From Neovahlkampfia damariscottae (taxonomy: Eukaryota), in NCBI GenBank assembly GCA_016618085.1, contig JABLTG010000119.1, forward strand, positions 1 through 64,000: a DNA stretch of 64,000 bases, given 5' to 3'. Of this stretch, positions 12,308 to 24,000 are shown piece after piece. The notes under the pieces were generated by a model. That model had not been told where the DNA came from, did no database searches, and saw nothing but the letters and a program-made list of their open reading frames with translations. The position numbers and the translations under genes were made by a program. Each line of letters opens with the position of its first letter. Position 1 is the stretch's first letter.

Positions 12308-12448
12308 CCGTCAAAACCCAAAAAAAAATCAGAAATACCAATTGATTGGACAATTTTGAAAAATCTGTGAAAAGAAAAAAAGCAGAAAGAAAAAAAAAAG
12401 GATATTTGAAAAATTAAAATTCATTAAATTTTTTTTAGTGAAATAGAA

Positions 12449-13271
<823 letters not shown>

Positions 13272-13481
13272 TGATTTTTGTTTGTTTTCTAATTCTAATG
13301 TAATAAACCAATCAAATTCCTGCACCAATAAATAATTGCCATCACAAAGTTATATTTAGAACATTTCTTTTTCAATTTTCTTTAATTTTGTTACATTTTG
13401 AATCAATTTCAAATTTTCAGTTGTTAGAAAAGTTGATCCATTGACCAATGAAATCAATTTTTGATCAAACGAATTTTTCTC

Positions 13482-13977
13482 ATGACGTCAGAAAACAAAG
13501 AAATAAATAAAGAAAGTACAACTATTATAGAGCCAAAAGAAAACAAAGAAGAAAATACAAACCACAAATTCGATTTCTTAAAACTTGATCTTGACCAAAT
13601 GAATTCAAAAACTAATTTGGATATTGATAGATCACAATCAGCAAGACCTCGTATAAAATCACCAAGAAATTTCATGAATCTTGTGAGTCCACGAAAACAA
13701 GATGTTACAACTTCACCACGTGAAGAAGTTACACATTTTTTATCCAAACGTAAAGATTTAAATCATCTTGTAAAAGATAAAAATATAAAAATACCAATTG
13801 ATGAAACAGAAGATGCTATGCTAATAGAACATACAAATCAAGTAATTTTTTTTTTTTTTAAATCTCTTCAAAAAAAAGGATATTTTGACTTCACCTCGCG
13901 ATAATATTTTAAAAAAACGTCAACAACGCAAATCTATGGAAGTTACAAAAAATTTTCAATTACTCAATTCTCAATAA
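13482..13977 (+). CDS. Hypothetical low-complexity protein with repeated SPR motifs; 2 exons
   Basis: ATG after a CCAAT box. Intron from 13841 restores the frame to TAA 13975-13977, which overlaps AATAAA. Confidence 0.6.
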
Positions 13978-14012
13978 ATTATATTTTCATCCTAATGTGC
14001 TAAAAAAAAAAA

Positions 14013-15117
14013 CTAAAATTTATTTTCATTATATTTTGTTACAAAATTTATAATAGTTTCATAATAACCCATACAATTCCAAGTTTCATTGTGGGTTCCA
14101 TTTGGAAATATTTTCATTTGTTTATTTTTTGAAGTGCATGAATCAAATAAACTTCTCATTTGTCTTGGTGGTATAAGTTCATCTGCTAATCCTGATATGA
14201 ATAAAATTGGTAACGTTTTGAAAGTCTTAACGACAACATTATTTTTCCATTGATTTCTGGAAAGAAATTTGGCAAATTTAAAAGCAGGAAATAAAAGATC
14301 AATCATATCTCCAATATCTGTAAAAGCATTTTCAACAATTAATCCTTTGATTTGTTTTTGATATCTATAGTTTTTTTAAAAAAAGTATATCTTACTTTGA
14401 AGCAACTGAAAGAGCAACAGCTGAAAAAGATTTAAATTTTTAAAGTTGTGTTTACCTGATCCTAATGATCTTCCAAATACAAATATATTTTGAGAATTTA
14501 AATCAGTACGATGAAAAATATATTCAATTGCCTTTTTTTTTCCATTGAAATTAGAAACAAAATTGAACTTACAGCCTTTGTTTGGAATTAATCAAGTTTT
14601 TGACTTACTTCAGCATCTAATTTTAAACCTTCTTCAGAAGGATATCCTTCTGAAATACCATAACCTCCTATAATATTAGAAATTTATTCAATGTACTGTA
14701 TTCGACTAATAAAATATTACATTTTAATTCTCTATAAAGTTCTGCCACATTTCTCAATCTATGAGATATATTTCCCGCATTTCCATGGAAATAAATTATT
14801 GTAGGAGTTTTATTATAAGCTTCTAAATCTAAAATACCAGATTTCTGACGAATAAACCAAGCATGTATTTTTACACCATCTCTAGTTTTTAAATAGACAT
14901 CTTCAAAAGGTAAATTATATCTTGAAGGAAGGTATAAATGTTTTCCTCTTGACCCACTTTTCAAAAAAAAATTATTATTTTTTTTTTCTCACCTAGGCAT
15001 GTAATAAACGTATAATAACATATCCTGTTTCCAATATATTAATCCTGCTAACGATATAGGTATCGAAATTATATAAAAATATACATTTTGAAAGAGGCTC
15101 AGTATCTTTTCGTACAT
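14013..15117 (-). CDS. ABHD13: ABHD13/Bem46-like alpha/beta hydrolase; 7 exons including a 3-nt micro-exon
   Basis: YFHGNAGNISHR, EYRGYG, GRSLG nucleophile elbow, VENAFT, SGLADELIPP, GTHNETW; N-terminal TM segment. Confidence 0.9.
14573..14575 (-). other. 3-nt micro-exon (GCT, Ala)
   Basis: Minus strand GAA|gtaagt...caaag|GCT|gtaagt...aaaag|GCA; flanking introns 33 and 41 nt. Confidence 0.8.
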
Positions 15118-15147
15118 CAACTTTTTTTGAATCAGTATCCAATCAAA

Positions 15148-15993
15148 ATTCTACCACAAAAAACCAATTCAGAAGCTTCTCAAAAGGAAAAGAAAAAAAA
15201 ACTTCAACCAAATTTTACTAATTTTCCAATTGAAATTATTACTGAAATATTTAATTACTCTAATGTATATCAACAGTTTGTCACTTATTCATCAACTTGT
15301 AAATTGTTTCACACTTTTTATTCAAACACAAAATTGCAAGAAGACTTCTTGAAGAGAAATAATTTATTTTTACCAACCATTAAAAATGAAGAGTTAAAAT
15401 CAAAATGGACTTCAACACCTCAAAGATTTTATTCATTTATTTTTTATCCAATGAATAAAACTAAAAATTCAATAATACAACTAAAACAAATGTTACCAGA
15501 TAATTTTACAGTTTCACCGGATAATTCAGTTGATCATTTACGAGATTTGATTGAAAAATGTGATCAATCCTACTTGCAAAATTGTGACATACCTCCAGAG
15601 TTTCAATTATTTTTCACTGAGATTGATACTTTTTATTTTGGAATATCTTTTCGAGGTTATAGTTTCACAAAAGTACCATTTACTTATAAAGATGATTCAT
15701 TTCCTGAGCACTACCTCGATTTTGCTATTATTGAAGATTCAGAGATGGGATATGCATATGATGTTCATTTTTATCTCTCACTTGAATTAGATTCATTTGG
15801 TAAACTATTTACAAATAATAGTGCCTATTTTTCAGAAATTAAAGATATTAAATTCCATCAACTCTTAGAAATGCTTGTTTGTCAACTGAAAAAATTTGAG
15901 AAAGAAAAGACTGAAAGCACTTTGTCTGATTTTGTAGAAAATATGGATGCAATGCATATTTGGTGTAATTTTTTGTCAGAAAAAGGTCTATAG
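15148..15993 (+). CDS. F-box protein with possible SMI1/KNR4(SUKH)-like C-domain; start codon uncertain (no ATG before the F-box)
   Basis: F-box-like FTNFPIEIITEIFNY...YSSTCKLFH and a later DIPPEFQLFF motif. First in-frame ATG is 15451, after the F-box. Start placed tentatively at ATT 15148. Confidence 0.55.
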   Translation: MLPQKTNSEASQKEKKKKLQPNFTNFPIEIITEIFNYSNVYQQFVTYSSTCKLFHTFYSNTKLQEDFLKRNNLFLPTIKNEELKSKWTSTPQRFYSFIFYPMNKTKNSIIQLKQMLPDNFTVSPDNSVDHLRDLIEKCDQSYLQNCDIPPEFQLFFTEIDTFYFGISFRGYSFTKVPFTYKDDSFPEHYLDFAIIEDSEMGYAYDVHFYLSLELDSFGKLFTNNSAYFSEIKDIKFHQLLEMLVCQLKKFEKEKTESTLSDFVENMDAMHIWCNFLSEKGL

Positions 15994-16056
15994 TATTCAA
16001 TTTTGTTGAACAAAAGTGACAAACTGTACAAAAAAAAATAAAAAATTTATTCGGGA

Positions 16057-16569
16057 TTATAAAGCCAATAATCCACCAATACCAAAAGTGATAGCCACAA
16101 ATATATTCTTTTTAACATATTCTTTTACAATTTCATAATATTTTCCAACTTTTAATTTTTTGCTTTGTTCAACTAATGGGTCCAAATCTTCTTGTAATTT
16201 TTTTGTATCAACTTTAATATAACCAAAATGATTCAATGAAGCAATAGCTAAACTACCACCACCTACCATGACTAAAGCATTTTTCCCAATTTTCTTTGTA
16301 AAATAACCTGTAAAGTAACCCAAAACAGCACCAATCATACATTGAGCAGTTTTAGCATTAGCCACTTTATCTGCGATAGTATTTGCAATTTTTACTGTTT
16401 CTTTAATTGTATTTGGGTCGATATTTGGTAAATCTGAAGATGAGGATTCGTTTTGAGTTTTATTCGTTATTTTAAGATCTACTACCTCATTAAGTCCATC
16501 AACGTTTGGATATTCAACAATTATCTCTTCTTTTGTATCAAGTATTTTTTCATTTTGCTTCTCTTGCAT
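16057..16569 (-). CDS. FUN14/FUNDC-family mitochondrial outer membrane protein
   Basis: QCMIGAVLGYFTGYFTKKIGKNALVMVGGGSLAIASLNHFGYIKVD matches the FUN14 pattern. Confidence 0.85.
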   Translation of the reverse strand: MQEKQNEKILDTKEEIIVEYPNVDGLNEVVDLKITNKTQNESSSSDLPNIDPNTIKETVKIANTIADKVANAKTAQCMIGAVLGYFTGYFTKKIGKNALVMVGGGSLAIASLNHFGYIKVDTKKLQEDLDPLVEQSKKLKVGKYYEIVKEYVKKNIFVAITFGIGGLLAL

Positions 16570-16773
16570 TGTCGTTTTTGTTTTGTTCAATTTGTTAACA
16601 AAAAAAAGTCGGTTTATCTTTTTTTGAACTTATTTCAAAATCATATGATTGGATAAAAAAAAGATGAGTATTTGAATTATTACTTATAAATATTGAATAA
16701 TTGTTCGGATTTCAAAAATTCATTTTTTCTTGTGTGTTCTGGTTGGTCAATAAAACTCCTAATTTTTTCAGTT

Positions 16774-17979
16774 ATGTTCAAACGATTGACGACAAGAAAT
16801 TATTCAACAAAAGCAAAAACCACTGTAGATAGTTTAAGACAAAAATTAGAAGCTGATAATGTTACACTAAATTCATTCATAACACCAAAACCAAAAGAAC
16901 ATGTTCCAAAACCTGAATGGTTAAAAAAAAATATTTCAGTAGGTGGAGGTGAAGCATTCAACAAAGTAAAAAATTCATTAAAAGGACTGAATACAGTAAA
17001 AAAAAAAAATTGAAACAAATAGGTTTGTGTTGAAGCAAAATGTCCAAATCTCGCAGATTGCTGGTAATACTAAAATAATTCAAAACTAATTAAAAAAAAA
17101 GGAGTGGTAAATCAGAAGATGGTGAAGGTATGGCAACAGCTACCATTATGTAAGAAAAAAAAAAAATAATTAATTTTTCATTAGGTTACTCGGAGAAGAA
17201 TGTACAAGAGGATGTCGTTTTTGTTCTGTCAAAACAAAGTAAATTTAAAAAAAGAAACTAACCTTTGAATTAGCAAAACACCACCTTTACCTGATGTTAA
17301 TGAACCTTTAAGAACAGCAGATGCAATTTCCAAATGGAATATTGATTATATTGTTATAACTCAAGTAGATAGAGATGATTTAGAAGATGGAGGATCATCT
17401 CATTTTGCAAAAACTGTTGGTTTAATTAAAGAAAAAACACCTGGAATTTTAATTGAATCATTGACAGGTGATTTCAGAGGAAATAAAGAAGCAATTGAGA
17501 CAATGGCAAAATCAGGAGTCGATGTTTATGCACATAATTTAGAAACAGTTGATGATTTACAAAAATTTGTTCGTGACAGAAAAGCAGGTTATCAACAATC
17601 ATTGAATGTTCTAAAATGGGCAAAAGAATTCAATCCAAAATTGATAACTAAATCATCTCTTATGCTTGGTTTAGGTGAACTTGATGAAGAGGTTGAACAA
17701 ACAATGAAAGATCTCAGAGCTCATAATGTGGATTGTTTGACTATTGGTCAATATCTTCGACCAACCAAAAGACATTTAAAAATACATGAATATGTAAATC
17801 CTGAAAAATTTAAACATTGGGAAAGAGTTGGTAAAGAAATGGGATTTCTCTATGTGTATGAAAATTCAAAAATTAATTCTAAATTTTCTTCGAATAGTGC
17901 TAGTGGACCGTTAGTTAGATCTTCTTATCGTGCAGGTGAATATTATTTAAAAAATATTTTAAAGAAAAGAAATGAATAA
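16774..17979 (+). CDS. LIAS: Mitochondrial lipoyl synthase (radical SAM); 6 exons
   Basis: [50 protein letters not shown]; transit-like [11 protein letters not shown]. Five introns, the first 27 nt (16996-17022). Confidence 0.95.
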
Positions 17980-17984
17980 AGAAA

Positions 17985-19520
17985 TCATTTTTTTATGTTT
18001 AAAAATGATCTAGTTTCATTTGGATCACCAAATGGACACGCATCATGAAGAATCACTTCTCCATCTGATTTGTTGAACAATTTTTTCTCTTTTTTCAAAG
18101 GTTGGAATTTTTCATTATTTTCAAATCTTAAATGTTTCATCCAAAATGCACGATCAAAACTTTTTAACATCATATATTCTTGACTTTAAAAATGGATTAA
18201 GAAAATTAATGAAAAAGTTACGGATTGTTTTCTTGGAATTGAGCTCCTAAATTACTAACAAATTGGTCTAATTCAGTGTGTGTCTTGAATTTAATCACCT
18301 TTTCATTCAGTTTATATTCTTCACAAAACTGTTTGTCTGTGTAGAATTGCATTTCACATTTTCCTTTTTCTCTCATTTCCTTTGAGAAAAAGAATTAAAA
18401 TTAAAATTTCTGGGTAATACCCTTAAATATATCTCCATTGGTCCCGAAAATCGTGGATCTATTTCTAAGGCATTCAGAATTGCAGTGCAAAAATCTTGAC
18501 AATTTCCTTTTTGTTCTCCTTTCTTTGGACGATCAGAATAGCCTATATTTCCATTCCAATAGGTAATAACTGCTGCTAATTTATCTATAATATCTTTAAA
18601 TTTCCCAACTGTCGCAATTGAATCAAGATCTGCGGTGAATATCGCAGCTTTGGAAACAATTTTTCTTGGAACACACAAACCTGAGTCATTCTGAAAAATT
18701 TAATCAAAATGAATTCATACCCATTCCTAAAAATATATATTAAATCATTCAATTTTTACAATCTTCCAAGGGCCAATAATTAATGCTAATTTTTAAGAAT
18801 TAATGTAGTTTTCAAACCTGTATGGAATATGCCAAATTCTGGCAATAAATGAAGATTACTCAACATTGGTGACATTATCGTTCTTAAATTTTTCTTGACA
18901 AATGAGTCTTGATGAATGTCTGTAATCAATAATTTAATTTTCAATGGTTTATCCAATCTGAAATGTCAACAATAAAAGTTTTTCTTACTCCAAATCTGGA
19001 TCTTTCATCAACTCTTCTTTTAAATTTTCAAGTGATACATCATCTTCAACTTCAATATTTTGTGGAACTTCTTCAAAAATCTATTAAGAAATTTTTAAAA
19101 AAATTGTCATTAGTTACTTCTTCACTCTTGCTTGAAAACATTTCTTTTGATTTTTCTTCTTTATATTTGTTTCTCATTTCTTCATCATATTTTGTTATTT
19201 TTTCATCCTAAATATTTAATTCACAAAAATTAACAAACCAAAGCTAATGTTAATGTCATATTTGGATTCAAATATGTATTTTTTAATACAGAAGGAAGTG
19301 ATAAACAATCAGCAAATTTATTTAAAGCCAGTGGATTGATTGAAATTGCATCATAATTTTTTTCCATTTTAATTTTGTTCAGCACATTTTCCCTTTCTTT
19401 TTTATATTTTTTTTTTTCTTCTTCTTCTGTTTCAATTTCTATCAAATCATTCTTTTGAATTGCTGTTTTAGTTTTTATATCATCTTCATTTGAAGATGGT
19501 GAACTGTTAATTGTTCCCAT
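17985..19520 (-). CDS. Putative permuted papain-like (NlpC/P60, PPPDE/LRAT-type) thiol hydrolase, N-terminal MG; ~9 exons including a 6-nt micro-exon
   Basis: Spliced product contains EFGIFHTALIIGPWKIEWNDS (His) and later GNCQDFC (Cys), the H-before-NC order of permuted papain-like enzymes. Family call is an inference. Confidence 0.6.
18721..18726 (-). other. 6-nt micro-exon (GAATGG, Glu-Trp)
   Basis: ATT|gtaaaa...ttttag|GAATGG|gtatga...tttcag|AATGAC on the minus strand. Confidence 0.75.
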
Positions 19521-19565
19521 TAAGAATTGCTAAAAATAATTTTGATTTTAATTGGTGGAAATATT

Positions 19566-20939
19566 TTATTTATTTTTTTCATCTTCAGTTCTTTTTGATT
19601 TTCTTTCTTTATTTTTTTGATGATGTCTATCATAGACCAAAAGAAAAATAGCTGACAAAAATGATACAGTTGCAAATGTATACAACAACCAAGGAATATA
19701 ATGATACATATAATAACTATGAAAATATGTCAAAAATGAATTAAAATAATCATACCCAGTAACACCTTCAACAAACCAACCAAATAAAAAGTTCATGAAT
19801 AAATCCCAAAAACTGAGAAATTGAATGATTAAATTTTTGAATTTTTTACCTATCTCTGTAAATGTATGATTCACCTGGAAACTTTTGATGTTCATTAAAA
19901 TATTCTAATAATTTATCTTTTTCTTCAAATAATTCAATTAACCATTTATCTGTGTCTTGTGGAATATCTTTCATTTCATATCTTTTATAATTGATATGAA
20001 GTTTAATTTCATTTTTATCATCATCACATCTCGGATAAAAGAATTGTTCTAATAAACAAATATTAATCCATTTTTTTAATAATACCTAAAAGAGGAGGAT
20101 CAAATTCACCTAATTTTCCACAATATGGTTTTTCAAAGGCAATTGTAACATCTACAATATAATCAAATGCTTCTTTTGTTTCCATAACTAATGAGAATCC
20201 TTGTGCTCTTGGAAATAAAACATTATTGAAAATTGGTAAATTTTTTTCTTTTGACCATTTATGTGATTTTTCGACCAACCATTTATTTTGAGATGTTGTA
20301 AATGTACCTTCAGGATATAAAACTAACATATTATCTGTTCCATTTTCTATAAAACTTGTTAACTTTTTTTTCATATAAGGTTTATCAATTTTTAAATCTC
20401 TTGTAACAAAAATCTTTTTTTTTTAGAAAATTTAAAAGTGAATACCATATCTAATATATGTGTTATATAATGTTTTTTTTCTTACCATGAAGTTGACAAG
20501 CCCATCCTGCAACAGGTACATATTTATGTGCTTTTTTTAAAAAAAATCTTAAAGCACCATCAGAATTTCTTCCTGCAAATTCTAATTGAATTAACCAGTC
20601 TGCAGATGAACAATGATTTGAAAGTACAATCTTTTTTCCTTGTGAAAAACCACCTTTAAAATCACCATAAACACGTGTAGGAACTCCAACTAATAAGTTA
20701 CACATAAAAGTGTATAATTTGGCTCCATGTATCCAAGCATATGATTCTAATTTTTGGTATACACGAACATTGATGAAACGAAGTGGTGATAAGACAAATC
20801 CAAAAAGTACAACGTAAAACATACACCAAGCGTTTATCATCATTGAAATGAAAAAGAAAATAAGTTTGGCATATCGGTTTTTAATTTTTATATATGGTAA
20901 ATCATATGTATCATCACAACTCATTTCTGGTTTGGTCAT
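19566..20939 (-). CDS. Lysophospholipid acyltransferase (LCLAT1/AGPAT-like), paralog A; 5 exons
   Basis: NHCSSAD (NHx4D), RFFLKK, YPEGT, VLFPR, DVTIAF, WL..LFEEKD.LL; 5-nt micro-exon at 20446-20450. Confidence 0.88.
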
Positions 20940-21043
20940 GCTTTTGATGAAGTTGATTGAATCTCTTCGTTTGTCCAATCAAATTAAAATGATTTTATTT
21001 TTATCCAAAAAAAATTATTTAAATGAATTTATTCTTATTTGTT

Positions 21044-24000
21044 TTATTTTTTCATTTTTTGAAGTTTCTTTGTAATTTTATTTATGTGTCCTGGTTTGGA
21101 GATCCCTATCAATTCAAAATCTTCATCAGTTAAACCTTCTTCAATTAAGAAATCTAAATCATCATATCCTTGATCCATGAAGTTATCAACGTATTCTCCA
21201 AGCTTAATTGAATTTAAAAATTCAGCAACAGGATTGGCTTCTTGGTCATCTTCTGTCTCTTTTGGTTCTTGAACTACTTTTTCAACTTGATTCTTTGGAA
21301 CCGCAAAGTGTTGCGTTTCTTTCTCATTTTCATTGGTTTTGATAATTTCCACAATTTCTTCAAACTCATCCAACTTTTCAATTACATCTTCAACTTCCAC
21401 ATTATCATTTTCTTCAACAATGTTTTCTTCAATGATATCACTTTCCAGTTCATTTTTTTCACTTTCTTCTTTCTCATTTGAGCTCTTCGAATTCTGAGAA
21501 ATTGGATCTTCATTTGACAATGTGGCTTGTTTCACATAATCATCAGGTACTTTTTCAATGTAATGTTTCTTTGATGATGAGATGATTGATAAATGAATTG
21601 ATCCAATGATTCTAATGATAATTCTCATATAATTTTCATACATATCTACTGAAATGTCATTTGGCAACCAAGTATTCAAATCTAATTGAATGAATTTTTC
21701 CAATTTTAATTTTTGAATTGTTGATTTTAAAGATTCAATCTGAATCATAGGGTCATGAAATTTATTCACAAGATTCTTGGAAGATAATATTTCTGCAAAT
21801 GAACTGAATAATTTATAATTTTCTGACCAATAATTTGAATCTTTTAAAATTTGATTTTTTAATTGATTGAGATCACATTCAATTTCATTAGGAATTCTTT
21901 CTGTCAAAGATAAACCTAAAACTGAAAATTGATGATCAGATTCAAAATATGCGTTTCTACAAATTTCAATGATGGAGAACAATTGATGAACTTTATACCA
22001 GATCATCTTGTCAATATGTTTTGAATAAAATTTTGCATTCTTCAATTTTTTGGATTTAATAATCTCATTGAAATTTGTATTCTGATGATCCTTTTGATTG
22101 ACCAAGAAAACAAATCGTTCCAAGAATTCACATATTTTTAAAATTTCTTCTTTTGTTTTTTGTCTAATAGTCGCAGAAAAACCATCCATTCTTTCACGAG
22201 TATAAAATTGATTATTTTCATTTTTTACTGACCATTGTAACAATCTAAAAATGATTTGATTTTGTGTCAATTCTTTCAATTCCTTTCTATGATCAACTTT
22301 TATTTCATTGTTGTCTACTTTGAATTTGAAGTAATTATTTTTAATATTTCCAGGATTAATTTGAATTCTATATTTTTTTAATGTATTTATCAAAAGGCGG
22401 TTGATGAAATTCCAATCATAATAAACTGAAGAATTTTGCAAGTCATATTTATTGGATTGAATAATTCTTGGGATCAATGTTTGAAAATATGGAACAATTA
22501 TTGAATAATTTGGATGATCAGATAAATCTTCAACGTTAATTGATGTTTTTCCTTCAGCAAATCGATTATGTACTTGACAAATTTCTTCTATCCATTTTAA
22601 AATTCCTTTTTCTTCCCCTTCAATATTTAAGAATGTATAGAATTCAGATTTCTTGGTAAGTTCAGCAAAGAACATTTCTTGTTGATTACAAACTTCTGCT
22701 TGTAATTCTGCAGTATTTTTCCCCCACAATTCTAAAAATTCATCCAATTCTTGAATAGTAATTTTTTCTTTTGTGTTCTTGATCACGTCTTCAATTGTCA
22801 TGGTTCTTATTTCTTCTGAAGTGTAACGATAATTAGTTTCTTTGAGTAATTTAAGATAAAAATTACAAATACGAGGTAAATCTTGAATCATATCCAGTTT
22901 CTTTTTATATTTTTCAAACTCTGATAGTGATTCAATGATGTTATTGGAAACTATGTACTCATTTGACTCTTGGTCCAGTGTAGCATTTTCTTCACATTTC
23001 AATGAAAATTGATCATTAAACATTCTATAACTTTGAAATGGTTGGATAGTTTGTGATTGTTTTTCTTTGTACTGTTCTCTCCAAATTTCAATTTCTTTAA
23101 ATCTTTTTGATCTTTCTTGAAGTCCTTCTTTTATTTGTTTAATATTTTTATTTGTTGGATCAAAACAATAATCTCTGATGAAATTTTCATAATTTCTTAC
23201 TGGGACACCATTAGTTGTTTGTGGAAAATGTCCTTTTGCGTCGTTTGATTTTGGAGCTTCTTTCCAAAAATAATATAAAGATATTGTCATGAATAAAAGT
23301 GGAGATGTAGCATATTTGTCTCTTTCAATGTTTGAAAAAACAGAATAGAAAACAGCAAATCTTTTGTGAAATGTCCATCTGATACATTGATCTCTTGTTG
23401 GATTTGGAAAATCTTTTAAAATATCAGGTTTATCAATATCCAAAGTATTGCACATGTGATTATCCACTGAGTACGTTTTATTTCTATTGAAATTGTAGAG
23501 AATACTCAAGTAGAAAGCTCCAAATGTAAGTGAATTTAAAGCTGAATGATGTAACATGTTTCCATTTAAAATGTGAGGTGCTGTAAAATTTGGAATGATT
23601 TCATTTCCTTGTTGATCAAAAGAAAGTTGGTATCCACAATCCCAGTTGAAAAGACCATTGTTGATATTTCCTGGTCCTGAAGAATTATATAAATATTCAG
23701 GTAAAAATGCTCTGTAATACATGTGATTCTTTTCTTTTGGTAAACCTAAACAAATAGCAGTGATATTCACCAAAATATGATTCCATTCAAAATCTGAATT
23801 CTTTTTGTCTTCAAATTTCTTTTTTGAAAATTGTCCAATCATTGGTTCATTCTTTGGAACATCTAAAGGACCATTGAAATAAAATTCATATGCCTTCATT
23901 TCTAAATCAACAATTTTCAATTTTTGAACTATCTCTTGGTTTTGAAGCACATCTCTCAAGACAGGACATTCTTGATTTTCAAAAAAGAAATCATGATAAC

